From: an uncultured virus (IMG/VR IMGVR_UViG_3300046791_000665)
Taxonomy: Duplodnaviria > Heunggongvirae > Uroviricota > Caudoviricetes
Virus record (IMG/VR): IMGVR_UViG_3300046791_000665
DNA length: 64,000 nt
Strand: one strand, 5' to 3'
Part shown: piece by piece, positions 19,819 through 27,641 of the stretch
Position numbering within the stretch: the stretch's first letter is position 1
Layout of the letters: each line of letters starts with the position of its first letter
The notes under the pieces: generated by a model
Database searches by the model: none
Told to the model about the DNA's origin: nothing
Seen by the model: only the letters and a program-made list of their open reading frames with translations
Position numbers and translations under genes: made by a program

Positions 19819-21833
19819 GTTCTCGCCTCCAATTTGAGCAGTTGATCTTCGGTCACATTGTATGTCCAAGCGTTCGCCTGGAGCGCGGTCGTCATCTCGC
19901 GAGGCACGGGGAGGACGAACTCCCGCTTCGTCGCGCAGCGCACTCGAAGAAATTTCGCGACAATCATCTCGCCTGTCAGACGTCCGCTCCAATCGGACAC
20001 AGGCCAATCGGTCTCGAGCAGGGTACCGATCTCCGGATCCGGATTCTCATCGACGACTCGCGCCTTCAGCGAGTCCAGAATTTTTGCCCACCCGAGAATT
20101 TCGACTACTACGCGCCTCTTTTCTGCGTTGATTGCATTAAAAATGACGTCTCGAATGTCGATAGATTCCGGATTCTCAATCCACGTCTGAGGAACTGCGA
20201 CATTGCGCCAGTGGTATTGAAAGAATCCATCGCGCCAGCGAAACGAAGGACCGTCTGAGGAGTGGGGCAGCGCCGTTCCTTGAAAAGACCACGAATCTTG
20301 CACGCCTCGTGACTCTGTCACCCTTAACTCCAAAGGATGATCAGACACGATGCAAAACTTCTTGCAGAAAAATCGAGGTCCCGCAGCTGCGATCGTCTCG
20401 TAATTTGCCCAGGCTGAAAAATCTACAGGTAGCTTCGCCACGTGACGATAGAACGAAATATTCGCCGCGTCTCCGTGCGTGTTGTAGTCGATTCCAAGCG
20501 ACGCCCCGCAACACCGGATTAAAAATCGCACGACCGGATCATCGACAAAAGTTCCACTATCACGACTACGTGCCGTTTCACTAAGATGTACTGCGATAGG
20601 ATGAACTTTTCCCCTTACTACATCTCGAACACTATTTTCGACGTCCGTGGGCGTGTCTTCAAATGTTTTCAGATCAACGCCCTGCACGATAGCGTCGTTG
20701 ATCAGGCTTTTCGTTCTTGCAAAAAGCTCTTCGACAATCGTCGTTCGACAAGTTGCTTCTGCGAGAGCGTCAGCCGCAATCGCACGACTATCTTTCTCCA
20801 GAGCGTGATCTCGAGCAATGGCGAGTATCCCCACGACCTCCGCGGGATCATTCGGCGTTTTCGAGTGCTCCTTGAGTTCTGTAACAACGTATCTATCCGC
20901 TGCCGTCGGACTGCCAGTTACGGCAGCGGTCTTAGCGTAACCTGCAGATTCGCTCTCGAACCAACGAAGTGGGCGCTCAGCTGGAACAGGATCGCTGCGA
21001 ATCGCATCGTCTATCGCGGCAGAGATAGTGCGCCGCGCGAGCGCGGGTGACCCGTCGCGAAATGCTTCCGCAATCGCTTTAGAAACAGCGACACCGATCA
21101 CAGCCGCGCGCGCGTAAAGTGCATCGAGATCAGGAGAGCCGTCCGGTGCGAGAGCCGAAGCGATCGCTCGATCCGATGCGACAATCGTTGCTGCGGCTGC
21201 AGCCGCCTCGATCGCCACCTTATTCGCCGCAACCGTTGCCCCAATAATCGACACTTCGACCGCCCGCGTCAGCGCGCGAATGACGATCGCCGTCCCTTTG
21301 CTGATCGGAGTGCTGGGCGCAGCAGCCTCGAGCGCGGCCCGCGTCGACGATTCGATCGACACGCGCAGTGCCTCGTCATCGTCAGCGATTTCCTTGCCGC
21401 GCAGATCTGCCTGCACTCGTTTTGCAACGTATCTGCAAGCGCCTGAGATCGCTGCTGTAAGACGTTCTTCATCGATCTCGCAGCCGAGCGCGCTCTGCTG
21501 TATTTCTGGATGATCACGCAAATACCACACGCCCGCCGCCACGCCTGTCGCGATGGCGCCGCTCACTGGACCGTCAGCAAGAACGACATTGACCGGTGGT
21601 GGGAGATAAGAACTCACGTAGAGCCCGCGCACGGCCTCACGAACACCCCCGCGTTCCTCATCGGAAAGCGTCTCGCAGCGCTGCGTGACTGCGACCCAGC
21701 GATCTGCCCACGATTTCGTCTGCGCGAGGTGTTCCGGCGTCAGCTTGTACTTGTCTTCGGACACAGAGGTCTCCTCATCGTCGCTCACCCAGGTATTGCT
21801 ACCGTGACCGCCGAGCCCTACCTCAAGAGCCAT
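19815..21833 (-). CDS. DUF6745-domain protein
   Basis: C-terminal PHSSDGPSFRWRDG..YHWRNVAVP..NAEKRRV..LRVRCAT..FVLPVP. Confidence 0.7.
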   Translation of the reverse strand: MALEVGLGGHGSNTWVSDDEETSVSEDKYKLTPEHLAQTKSWADRWVAVTQRCETLSDEERGGVREAVRGLYVSSYLPPPVNVVLADGPVSGAIATGVAAGVWYLRDHPEIQQSALGCEIDEERLTAAISGACRYVAKRVQADLRGKEIADDDEALRVSIESSTRAALEAAAPSTPISKGTAIVIRALTRAVEVSIIGATVAANKVAIEAAAAAATIVASDRAIASALAPDGSPDLDALYARAAVIGVAVSKAIAEAFRDGSPALARRTISAAIDDAIRSDPVPAERPLRWFESESAGYAKTAAVTGSPTAADRYVVTELKEHSKTPNDPAEVVGILAIARDHALEKDSRAIAADALAEATCRTTIVEELFARTKSLINDAIVQGVDLKTFEDTPTDVENSVRDVVRGKVHPIAVHLSETARSRDSGTFVDDPVVRFLIRCCGASLGIDYNTHGDAANISFYRHVAKLPVDFSAWANYETIAAAGPRFFCKKFCIVSDHPLELRVTESRGVQDSWSFQGTALPHSSDGPSFRWRDGFFQYHWRNVAVPQTWIENPESIDIRDVIFNAINAEKRRVVVEILGWAKILDSLKARVVDENPDPEIGTLLETDWPVSDWSGRLTGEMIVAKFLRVRCATKREFVLPVPREMTTALQANAWTYNVTEDQLLKLEART

Positions 21834-21840
21834 CTACGCA

Positions 21841-22356
21841 TCACTTCTTCGCGTCCACCGCGCCATCGACCGCAGGCACCGGCACCGCCTTCTTCTCGAG
21901 GATTGTCACCCGCTGCCCGGCTCCGATCGCGCCCGAAGTCGGGATCCCGGCCGGGAACGGCGTCTGATCACCGCCGCCGCCCGAAACCCCGGGCACCCTC
22001 GCCGTCGAGTCGACGATCTTCGGCGACATCACGGTCACGATCGGCGCGCCGCCGAGCTTGATCGGCGCCATCGCAGCGGGCGCCGGGGGACCGGGCCGAA
22101 TGATGGGCATGGTCTTCGCGATCGTCTCCCTCGTCCCCATGACCGCCGCGGGCGAGTTCTCGACCCGAACCGGCGAGCGCTGCGCCGCCATGATCGTGTT
22201 CTCGATCTTGACGGGCTTGGCGTTCACCGGGATCGGCGTCGCCGAGACCTTGACGGTGTTCGCGCCGATGGGCGGTGCCGGCGTCGGGGAGACGGTCACG
22301 AGCGGCTTCGGGCCCGCGGGGATCGGAACGGAGACGATCTTGCCGTTGTCGCTCAT
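21841..22356 (-). CDS. Pro/Val-rich hypothetical protein
   Basis: ORF with AAGGAG RBS. Confidence 0.6.
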   Translation of the reverse strand: MSDNGKIVSVPIPAGPKPLVTVSPTPAPPIGANTVKVSATPIPVNAKPVKIENTIMAAQRSPVRVENSPAAVMGTRETIAKTMPIIRPGPPAPAAMAPIKLGGAPIVTVMSPKIVDSTARVPGVSGGGGDQTPFPAGIPTSGAIGAGQRVTILEKKAVPVPAVDGAVDAKK

Positions 22357-22435
22357 GATTCTCCTTAGTTTTCAAAAAGCTGCGCGCATCGCCGGAAAAA
22401 TCGATCGGCGCCAGCAGGGATGGGGGCGTCGCGCG

Positions 22436-22960
22436 CTACGCCTCCTTCGGAGCCCCGTTCTTGCGCACGTTCGTCGCCACCTGACCGACCACATCGGGCT
22501 TCGGGATCCCCGACACCACCGGGGACGGGATCGTCGGCTCCGCCGACGCGGTCGAGACAGCGGGCGCAGTCGGGGTAGCCCCGACGACCATGCCCCCCGG
22601 AACCGGAGCCTGACCCGGCGCGGCCGAGGTCGACAACCCGGACGGGAACGGCGTCGAATCCTGCGGCCTGCCCTGGCCCTCGTCGGCGTCTTCGGATGCA
22701 GCCGCTGCGGCTGCCTGACCTGCTGCCTGACCCGATCCGCCGCCGAGGACGTGATCCGTGAGATCGATGATCGTCTTCGCGTTCTGCTGCACGAGCGCCT
22801 CTGCGGCCTCGAGCTTCCCGGCAAGCGCGATGCAGAACATGATGGTGGTCGCCGCCGTGAAGGGCTCCTTCTTGTCCGCCAGATCCTGCATCCACACGCC
22901 CATGGCGCCCTTCAGACCGTGCTCTTCCACCAGCTTCTCGAACTGCTCCGTCTGGGTCAT
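22436..22960 (-). CDS. hypothetical protein
   Basis: ORF with AGGAG RBS and GC3 bias. Confidence 0.55.
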   Translation of the reverse strand: MTQTEQFEKLVEEHGLKGAMGVWMQDLADKKEPFTAATTIMFCIALAGKLEAAEALVQQNAKTIIDLTDHVLGGGSGQAAGQAAAAAASEDADEGQGRPQDSTPFPSGLSTSAAPGQAPVPGGMVVGATPTAPAVSTASAEPTIPSPVVSGIPKPDVVGQVATNVRKNGAPKEA

Positions 22961-23157
22961 GCGAGGATCTCCTGTGCCGCGAGGGCTGTTCTGGAGATAC
23001 TCTGCCGCCCGCAGCACACCTCGTTCAAGAAAAAACGATTTCGTCAACAGATGTTTTATCGGTCGATGTGGAAATGACTCATTTGACAGAACGCGCAACG
23101 AGAGAACCGCATAAAGATATTGCGCCCATCACCGATCGTCGGCTAAGGTATCGATTC

Positions 23158-23403
23158 ATGGTCGTAAAGACATTCAGACACGGCACACCTCTCAGCCCTC
23201 CCGTCCAAGAGCGCCTGCGCGCCCTCATCGTCGAAATCGGAGAGTACGAGGCGGCGAAAAAGATCGGCGTTGGATACTCATCTATCGCAAGAGCGGCAGC
23301 CGGGATGGGGCTCAGGCGCGGCACCGCCGGGCTCATCGAGATGAAGCTCGAAGCGATCAAGACGGCGAACGGGACGAAGCCTGCGAAGACGAAGGGGAAG
23401 TAG
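23158..23403 (+). CDS. HTH DNA-binding protein
   Basis: EAAKKIGVGYSSIARAAAG. Confidence 0.6.
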   Translation: MVVKTFRHGTPLSPPVQERLRALIVEIGEYEAAKKIGVGYSSIARAAAGMGLRRGTAGLIEMKLEAIKTANGTKPAKTKGK

Positions 23404-23405
23404 CG

Positions 23406-24506
23406 ATGAAGACCAAGAAGCCCACGAAGACCAAGCCCCTCTCACAGAGCGCATCCCTGTGCCGCTTCCTCGAGAACGTGTTCAAGAACTTCTATCCTGA
23501 CATGGTTGAAGTGCGGGACGTGGCAGATCTTCGAACATTCGTGGAGCGATGGGAATACAAGCCCGCTAGCGCGAAGCCGTCGGGCAGAGATCTTGTGATC
23601 AAGGGAAACCGCCTGCTACAACGCTTGCGACAGAAAGCGATCGAAGCTGCTGGAACGCAAAACTATGTCGTCCTCGTCTATGACTTCCTGAAATCAGGCG
23701 CTCCGATAGCAAAGTTCGCCATCGATGTCCCCTCCAAGGGAGCGCTCGATGTTGCAGACATATCCGAGTGGGTACCGGCCAAACAGCTAACGACGGATCG
23801 CCCGGTCCCTCCTGAGTCTGAACCTGAGGCATCCTTCACGTCGTTGAGTGCCATCGGCAGCCTGCCGGAGCGCATTTCTACTAATGTACTCGGACTCGAC
23901 TACGTCCTCGGCGGCGGCATCGTGCCGGGCTCGCTCACGCTCCTGACCGGGGACCAGGGCATCGGAAAGAGCACGCTGCTCCTACAGGCTTGCTGCGGGC
24001 TCGCGAAGAAGACGCGGGTGCTGTACGCAACTGGAGAAGAGCAAGTAAATGCCATCGCTCACCGCGCGAATCGCCTCGGTCTCGAGATCCCCACGAATCT
24101 GTTCGTTGCTCGTGAGAACGATCTCGAAGACATCATCGATGCGGCTAGAAAAACGAGAATCCTCGTGATCGACAGTGCGCAGAGCCTCCACGTCTACTCT
24201 GAGAAGAGCGGTGACATGCTCAAGTGCGTCAACTCGGCCGCGCTTAAGACTGCCCTTCAGATCCTGAATGACATTGCTGCCGAGACGGGCATCACCGTCA
24301 TCATCACTGGACACATGACAAAAGATGGCGGGATCGCCAACCCGCGCACGCTCGAATACGCGGTAGACACGAGCATCCACCTGAGCGCGCCAAAAGCGGA
24401 CTCGCCCCTGCGCAAACTCTCCTGCCCCCACAAAAACCGCCATGGCGAGGTACCGCGCGAGGCGGCGTTCAAGATGACGGAAAAGGGGCTGCAGGAGATC
24501 AAGTAG
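23406..24506 (+). CDS. RadA/Sms-like ATPase lacking Zn finger and Lon-like domain
   Basis: LDYVLGGGIVPGSLTLLTGDQGIGKSTLLLQ, YATGEE, VIDSAQ, GHMTKDG, HKNRHG. Confidence 0.85.
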   Translation: MKTKKPTKTKPLSQSASLCRFLENVFKNFYPDMVEVRDVADLRTFVERWEYKPASAKPSGRDLVIKGNRLLQRLRQKAIEAAGTQNYVVLVYDFLKSGAPIAKFAIDVPSKGALDVADISEWVPAKQLTTDRPVPPESEPEASFTSLSAIGSLPERISTNVLGLDYVLGGGIVPGSLTLLTGDQGIGKSTLLLQACCGLAKKTRVLYATGEEQVNAIAHRANRLGLEIPTNLFVARENDLEDIIDAARKTRILVIDSAQSLHVYSEKSGDMLKCVNSAALKTALQILNDIAAETGITVIITGHMTKDGGIANPRTLEYAVDTSIHLSAPKADSPLRKLSCPHKNRHGEVPREAAFKMTEKGLQEIK

Positions 24507-24770
24507 ATGCGAAAACTACACCTCGAATTCACCGTCGACCTGCCGATCCCCGTGAGCGATGACGAACTGGCAGACTTCAAGGAAAAGGTGCGGACGCTCC
24601 CGCTCGACCGCTGGACGACGATATCGAGCGGTAGCGCCAAACTCAAGGTGAAGAAGGTGAGGCGCGGGAGAGAGACTTCGGTACTCGTCAAAGTCCCCAA
24701 GAGCGCCGGGCTCCCACACAGTGCCGTGCTGCGGCGCAGCGCCGTGCTGCGATTCAAAATCGAGGACTAG
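24507..24770 (+). CDS. hypothetical basic protein
   Basis: ORF abutting the RadA-like gene. Confidence 0.5.
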   Translation: MRKLHLEFTVDLPIPVSDDELADFKEKVRTLPLDRWTTISSGSAKLKVKKVRRGRETSVLVKVPKSAGLPHSAVLRRSAVLRFKIED

Positions 24771-24894
24771 CCGTGATCCGCTACATCCTCTGCCCCGCCT
24801 GCCACACCCATCTCCGCCCGACCTGCGACGTCAGCAAGTACCAGTACATCCGCTGCACCGGGGAGGGGAAGAAGCACTTTCTCGGGGCGAAGCG

Positions 24895-25623
24895 CTAGCG
24901 CGGCAACTCGATCGCGAATTCCAGCGCCACGTCGATCTTATCGCGCCCCTTGTTCTTGATGGCGATCGATTCGATATCGCACGCGATCGGAACTACGCCG
25001 TCTGCGCTTTTCGCCCGACTCAACATATAGACAGCTTTGCCATCACCGTCTCGGAAAATGAGATCGATCGCGTCCTCGCCCGCGACCCGCACCGTGGTAG
25101 CGAACGCGGGAACGAAGACGCTCCGCACCTCGCCGGGCGCCAGCGCGTCCAGGTGAAGCGTGCGGGTCAGCACGGGCATCTTGCTCGCCTTGAGGAAGCT
25201 GAGCATGGCGCCGATCTCACCCTCTCCGGAGACGGGCTCCGGATCGAACCCTACGGACACGGAGGCGTGTGCTCCGAGGATCGCTACCTGTAGTCCGATG
25301 TGAACGTCCACGTCAGCGATCAAATCGCGCCCCTCGTGCCCCCACCGAATTTTGGCAGCCGGACGGTAGCAGAGCCCATGCGTTGCAAACGTGGCCAGGA
25401 GATCGCACGACTCGTCCCCAACGTAGCGAATAACCTCCTGAAAGGGATCGCCCGTCTTGACCTTTAGAAACCCGCCCAGCGTCCCCCGCAGCATCGGCGG
25501 CGGCGGCGGCGTGACCACCGACGGCGGCATGATATGCACCGCCGCCACCTCTTCCTTCTTGACGAGCGTCGGGCACTTGTCCGGGGTGTGCAGGACGTAG
25601 CAGCTTGGGCAGGGCTTTTTCAC
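24895..25623 (-). CDS. hypothetical beta-rich protein with N-terminal CxxC
   Basis: GTG start with GGAGG RBS. Confidence 0.55.
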   Translation of the reverse strand: MKKPCPSCYVLHTPDKCPTLVKKEEVAAVHIMPPSVVTPPPPPMLRGTLGGFLKVKTGDPFQEVIRYVGDESCDLLATFATHGLCYRPAAKIRWGHEGRDLIADVDVHIGLQVAILGAHASVSVGFDPEPVSGEGEIGAMLSFLKASKMPVLTRTLHLDALAPGEVRSVFVPAFATTVRVAGEDAIDLIFRDGDGKAVYMLSRAKSADGVVPIACDIESIAIKNKGRDKIDVALEFAIELPR

Positions 25624-25693
25624 GGGAGCCTCCGAAGAGATTCTATCACGACTGCGGACTGCGGACCTCGCCCCTCCTCCCAGATATAGGTGA

Positions 25694-26014
25694 TCACTTG
25701 CACGCCTCGAGCGCGTCCACCCACGCGCTGAAGAGCGTTCGCAGGCACTTCGTCGAGCAGAGGTATATATCGAATTGCCCGCGTGGTGCCCACTCGACCA
25801 GAGAAGCAGCACGGCCCTCGTGCCAGAGGATGCTGAGGTAGCCGACGAGATCTTCCGCCATCTCAGCGCGTTGGCGCTTCCTATCTGTCACCCGGAGCGC
25901 GCCACCCATGATGGCGACGGCGTTCTTCGGGAGCTTCTTTCGACAAATGGGACAGGCGCCGCGGAGGCCGCGAGAGGGGAGGACGGAGGAGTTCTTGAGG
26001 AGGGGGAGGCGCAT
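25694..26014 (-). CDS. Zn-binding hypothetical protein
   Basis: CPIC...CSTKC. Confidence 0.55.
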   Translation of the reverse strand: MRLPLLKNSSVLPSRGLRGACPICRKKLPKNAVAIMGGALRVTDRKRQRAEMAEDLVGYLSILWHEGRAASLVEWAPRGQFDIYLCSTKCLRTLFSAWVDALEACK

Positions 26015-26329
26015 CTATCGCGGCGCGATCTCCGATTTCGGCACCAACTCGACATCCCGAACGACCTCGTCACCGTCGTTTCGGCTCCGATTCACCGACG
26101 CACTGTAGAGGAAGTAGCCCGGTGCGTTGATCATGAGCACCGTCGACGGCCTGATCTCCACGCCTTGGAGCACGTAGACGCCGTAGGCGTTGGTCATGGT
26201 GCTCTTATCCTGCACGGCGACGGACGCCGACCCGATCGGGTTGCCCGTCGGCTTGTCTCGGATGACGCCGCGGATGATGGAGCCGCAGCCGGAGATGGCG
26301 AGGAGGAGCACGGCAAGAACGATTCGCAT
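26015..26329 (-). CDS. lipoprotein with carboxypeptidase-regulatory-like beta-sandwich
   Basis: LAISGC lipobox; GVIRD..TGNPI..ASV..TNAYGVY..APGY. Confidence 0.7.
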   Translation of the reverse strand: MRIVLAVLLLAISGCGSIIRGVIRDKPTGNPIGSASVAVQDKSTMTNAYGVYVLQGVEIRPSTVLMINAPGYFLYSASVNRSRNDGDEVVRDVELVPKSEIAPR

Positions 26330-26343
26330 GAAAAATCTCCTTT

Positions 26344-26562
26344 TCAGATTACTTTTCGCGACGCCGGGTACGTCGCCCACGCCCGCATCGGAATCTTGTA
26401 CGCCTCCTCGATCGCGGCGGCGATCTGGAGTCCCGGGTTGCGCTTGCCCTCGGCGATGTACCGGACCTGCGTCGTCGAGCAGCAGATTCGAACGGAGACC
26501 AAGGCCTCGCCGTCTCGCTTGACGGTGGCGGCGAACTTTTTTCGAGCTTGGGTGGGGGTCAC
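26344..26562 (-). CDS. Cro/XRE-like HTH regulator
   Basis: STTQVRYIAEGKRNPGLQIAAAIE; divergent promoter region at 26570-26660. Confidence 0.65.
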   Translation of the reverse strand: MTPTQARKKFAATVKRDGEALVSVRICCSTTQVRYIAEGKRNPGLQIAAAIEEAYKIPMRAWATYPASRKVI

Positions 26563-26657
26563 GTTGAGAGACGGTAGCAGACGACTCGCATGAAAGTCAA
26601 GCTCTGTTGCCCGAACAAAAGTAACTTGACAACAGGCACCACAATAGTGAGAGTGTT

Positions 26658-27641
26658 TTGCACGATCACATGAGCACCGCCACCGGACTTTCTAAGAATA
26701 CCCCGTTCAAAGCGGAGATGGACACGCCGCCGAAGCGTCTAGCGCGGTTGGCAGTATACTCCGAGGTCCGTCGTCAGATACTGCTGCACTACAAGAACCC
26801 CGACCCACGTGCCCCTGCCCGATACATCGAGCGCGACGGAAAGCTCCCGTTCGATACACGAGTTTTGCTCTTTCCCGGACGACTCCCAAGTCACGAGATC
26901 GGCCTCGCGAAACACCTTCTCAACGCCTACGTAATCGCCGTCGACACCGATCAGCAAGCCGTCGACGCTGCTCGAGAGAGCGGCGCCGATCACGCCCAGT
27001 TACTCGATCTGAGCGATCTCAAGATACGTCTGCGGCGAAAGTATCCAGGAGACACGAGTCCCATCATCGATGCATTCGACTTCGTGAACATGGACACCTG
27101 CGGGCTCGTGACAACCGACGGCGTCAGCGAAGCGTTCGAGCGCGCCTGTAAGATCGGAGTCTTCGTCGCCACATGGTTCTCCTTTGGCCATGAGATGAAA
27201 CTCTCGTGGGTCCATGAAAGAGCGCTGCTGAGGCTGAAGCAAGACCCGGCGATGGAACGACGATTTCAAGACATCCCATCGACCATCAAGTGTCGGCTCC
27301 TCTTCGCGCGCGATCAGGCCAATCTGTCCGAGCGTCGTCAGGATACTGGTCTCGTAGATCATGTTCTCAACTTCCACATCGTAAAGATCTGGTCGTACAG
27401 GAGCAACGCGATGCCGATGTTCGTCGTCCTGTGGGCTGACGGGCAGTACGTGCACCTAGCAGACGATTACGTGATCCCGTTCGAGAGGATCTCTGCCGAC
27501 GACTACAGATCCCTCGTCATGCGCGCAGTCGACGCCGAGTCATCCAACAGAGCCGTGCTACTCTACGGCTGCTCCAAGGCACAGGTAGCTGCGTGGAGGG
27601 CTGTCAGAACTACTCAGACCAAGAAGAGGATCGGACCATGA
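26658..27641 (+). CDS. hypothetical protein (possible degenerate Rossmann/methyltransferase fold)
   Basis: VIAVDTD, FDFVNMDTCG; coupled to the helicase gene. Confidence 0.5.
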   Translation: MHDHMSTATGLSKNTPFKAEMDTPPKRLARLAVYSEVRRQILLHYKNPDPRAPARYIERDGKLPFDTRVLLFPGRLPSHEIGLAKHLLNAYVIAVDTDQQAVDAARESGADHAQLLDLSDLKIRLRRKYPGDTSPIIDAFDFVNMDTCGLVTTDGVSEAFERACKIGVFVATWFSFGHEMKLSWVHERALLRLKQDPAMERRFQDIPSTIKCRLLFARDQANLSERRQDTGLVDHVLNFHIVKIWSYRSNAMPMFVVLWADGQYVHLADDYVIPFERISADDYRSLVMRAVDAESSNRAVLLYGCSKAQVAAWRAVRTTQTKKRIGP

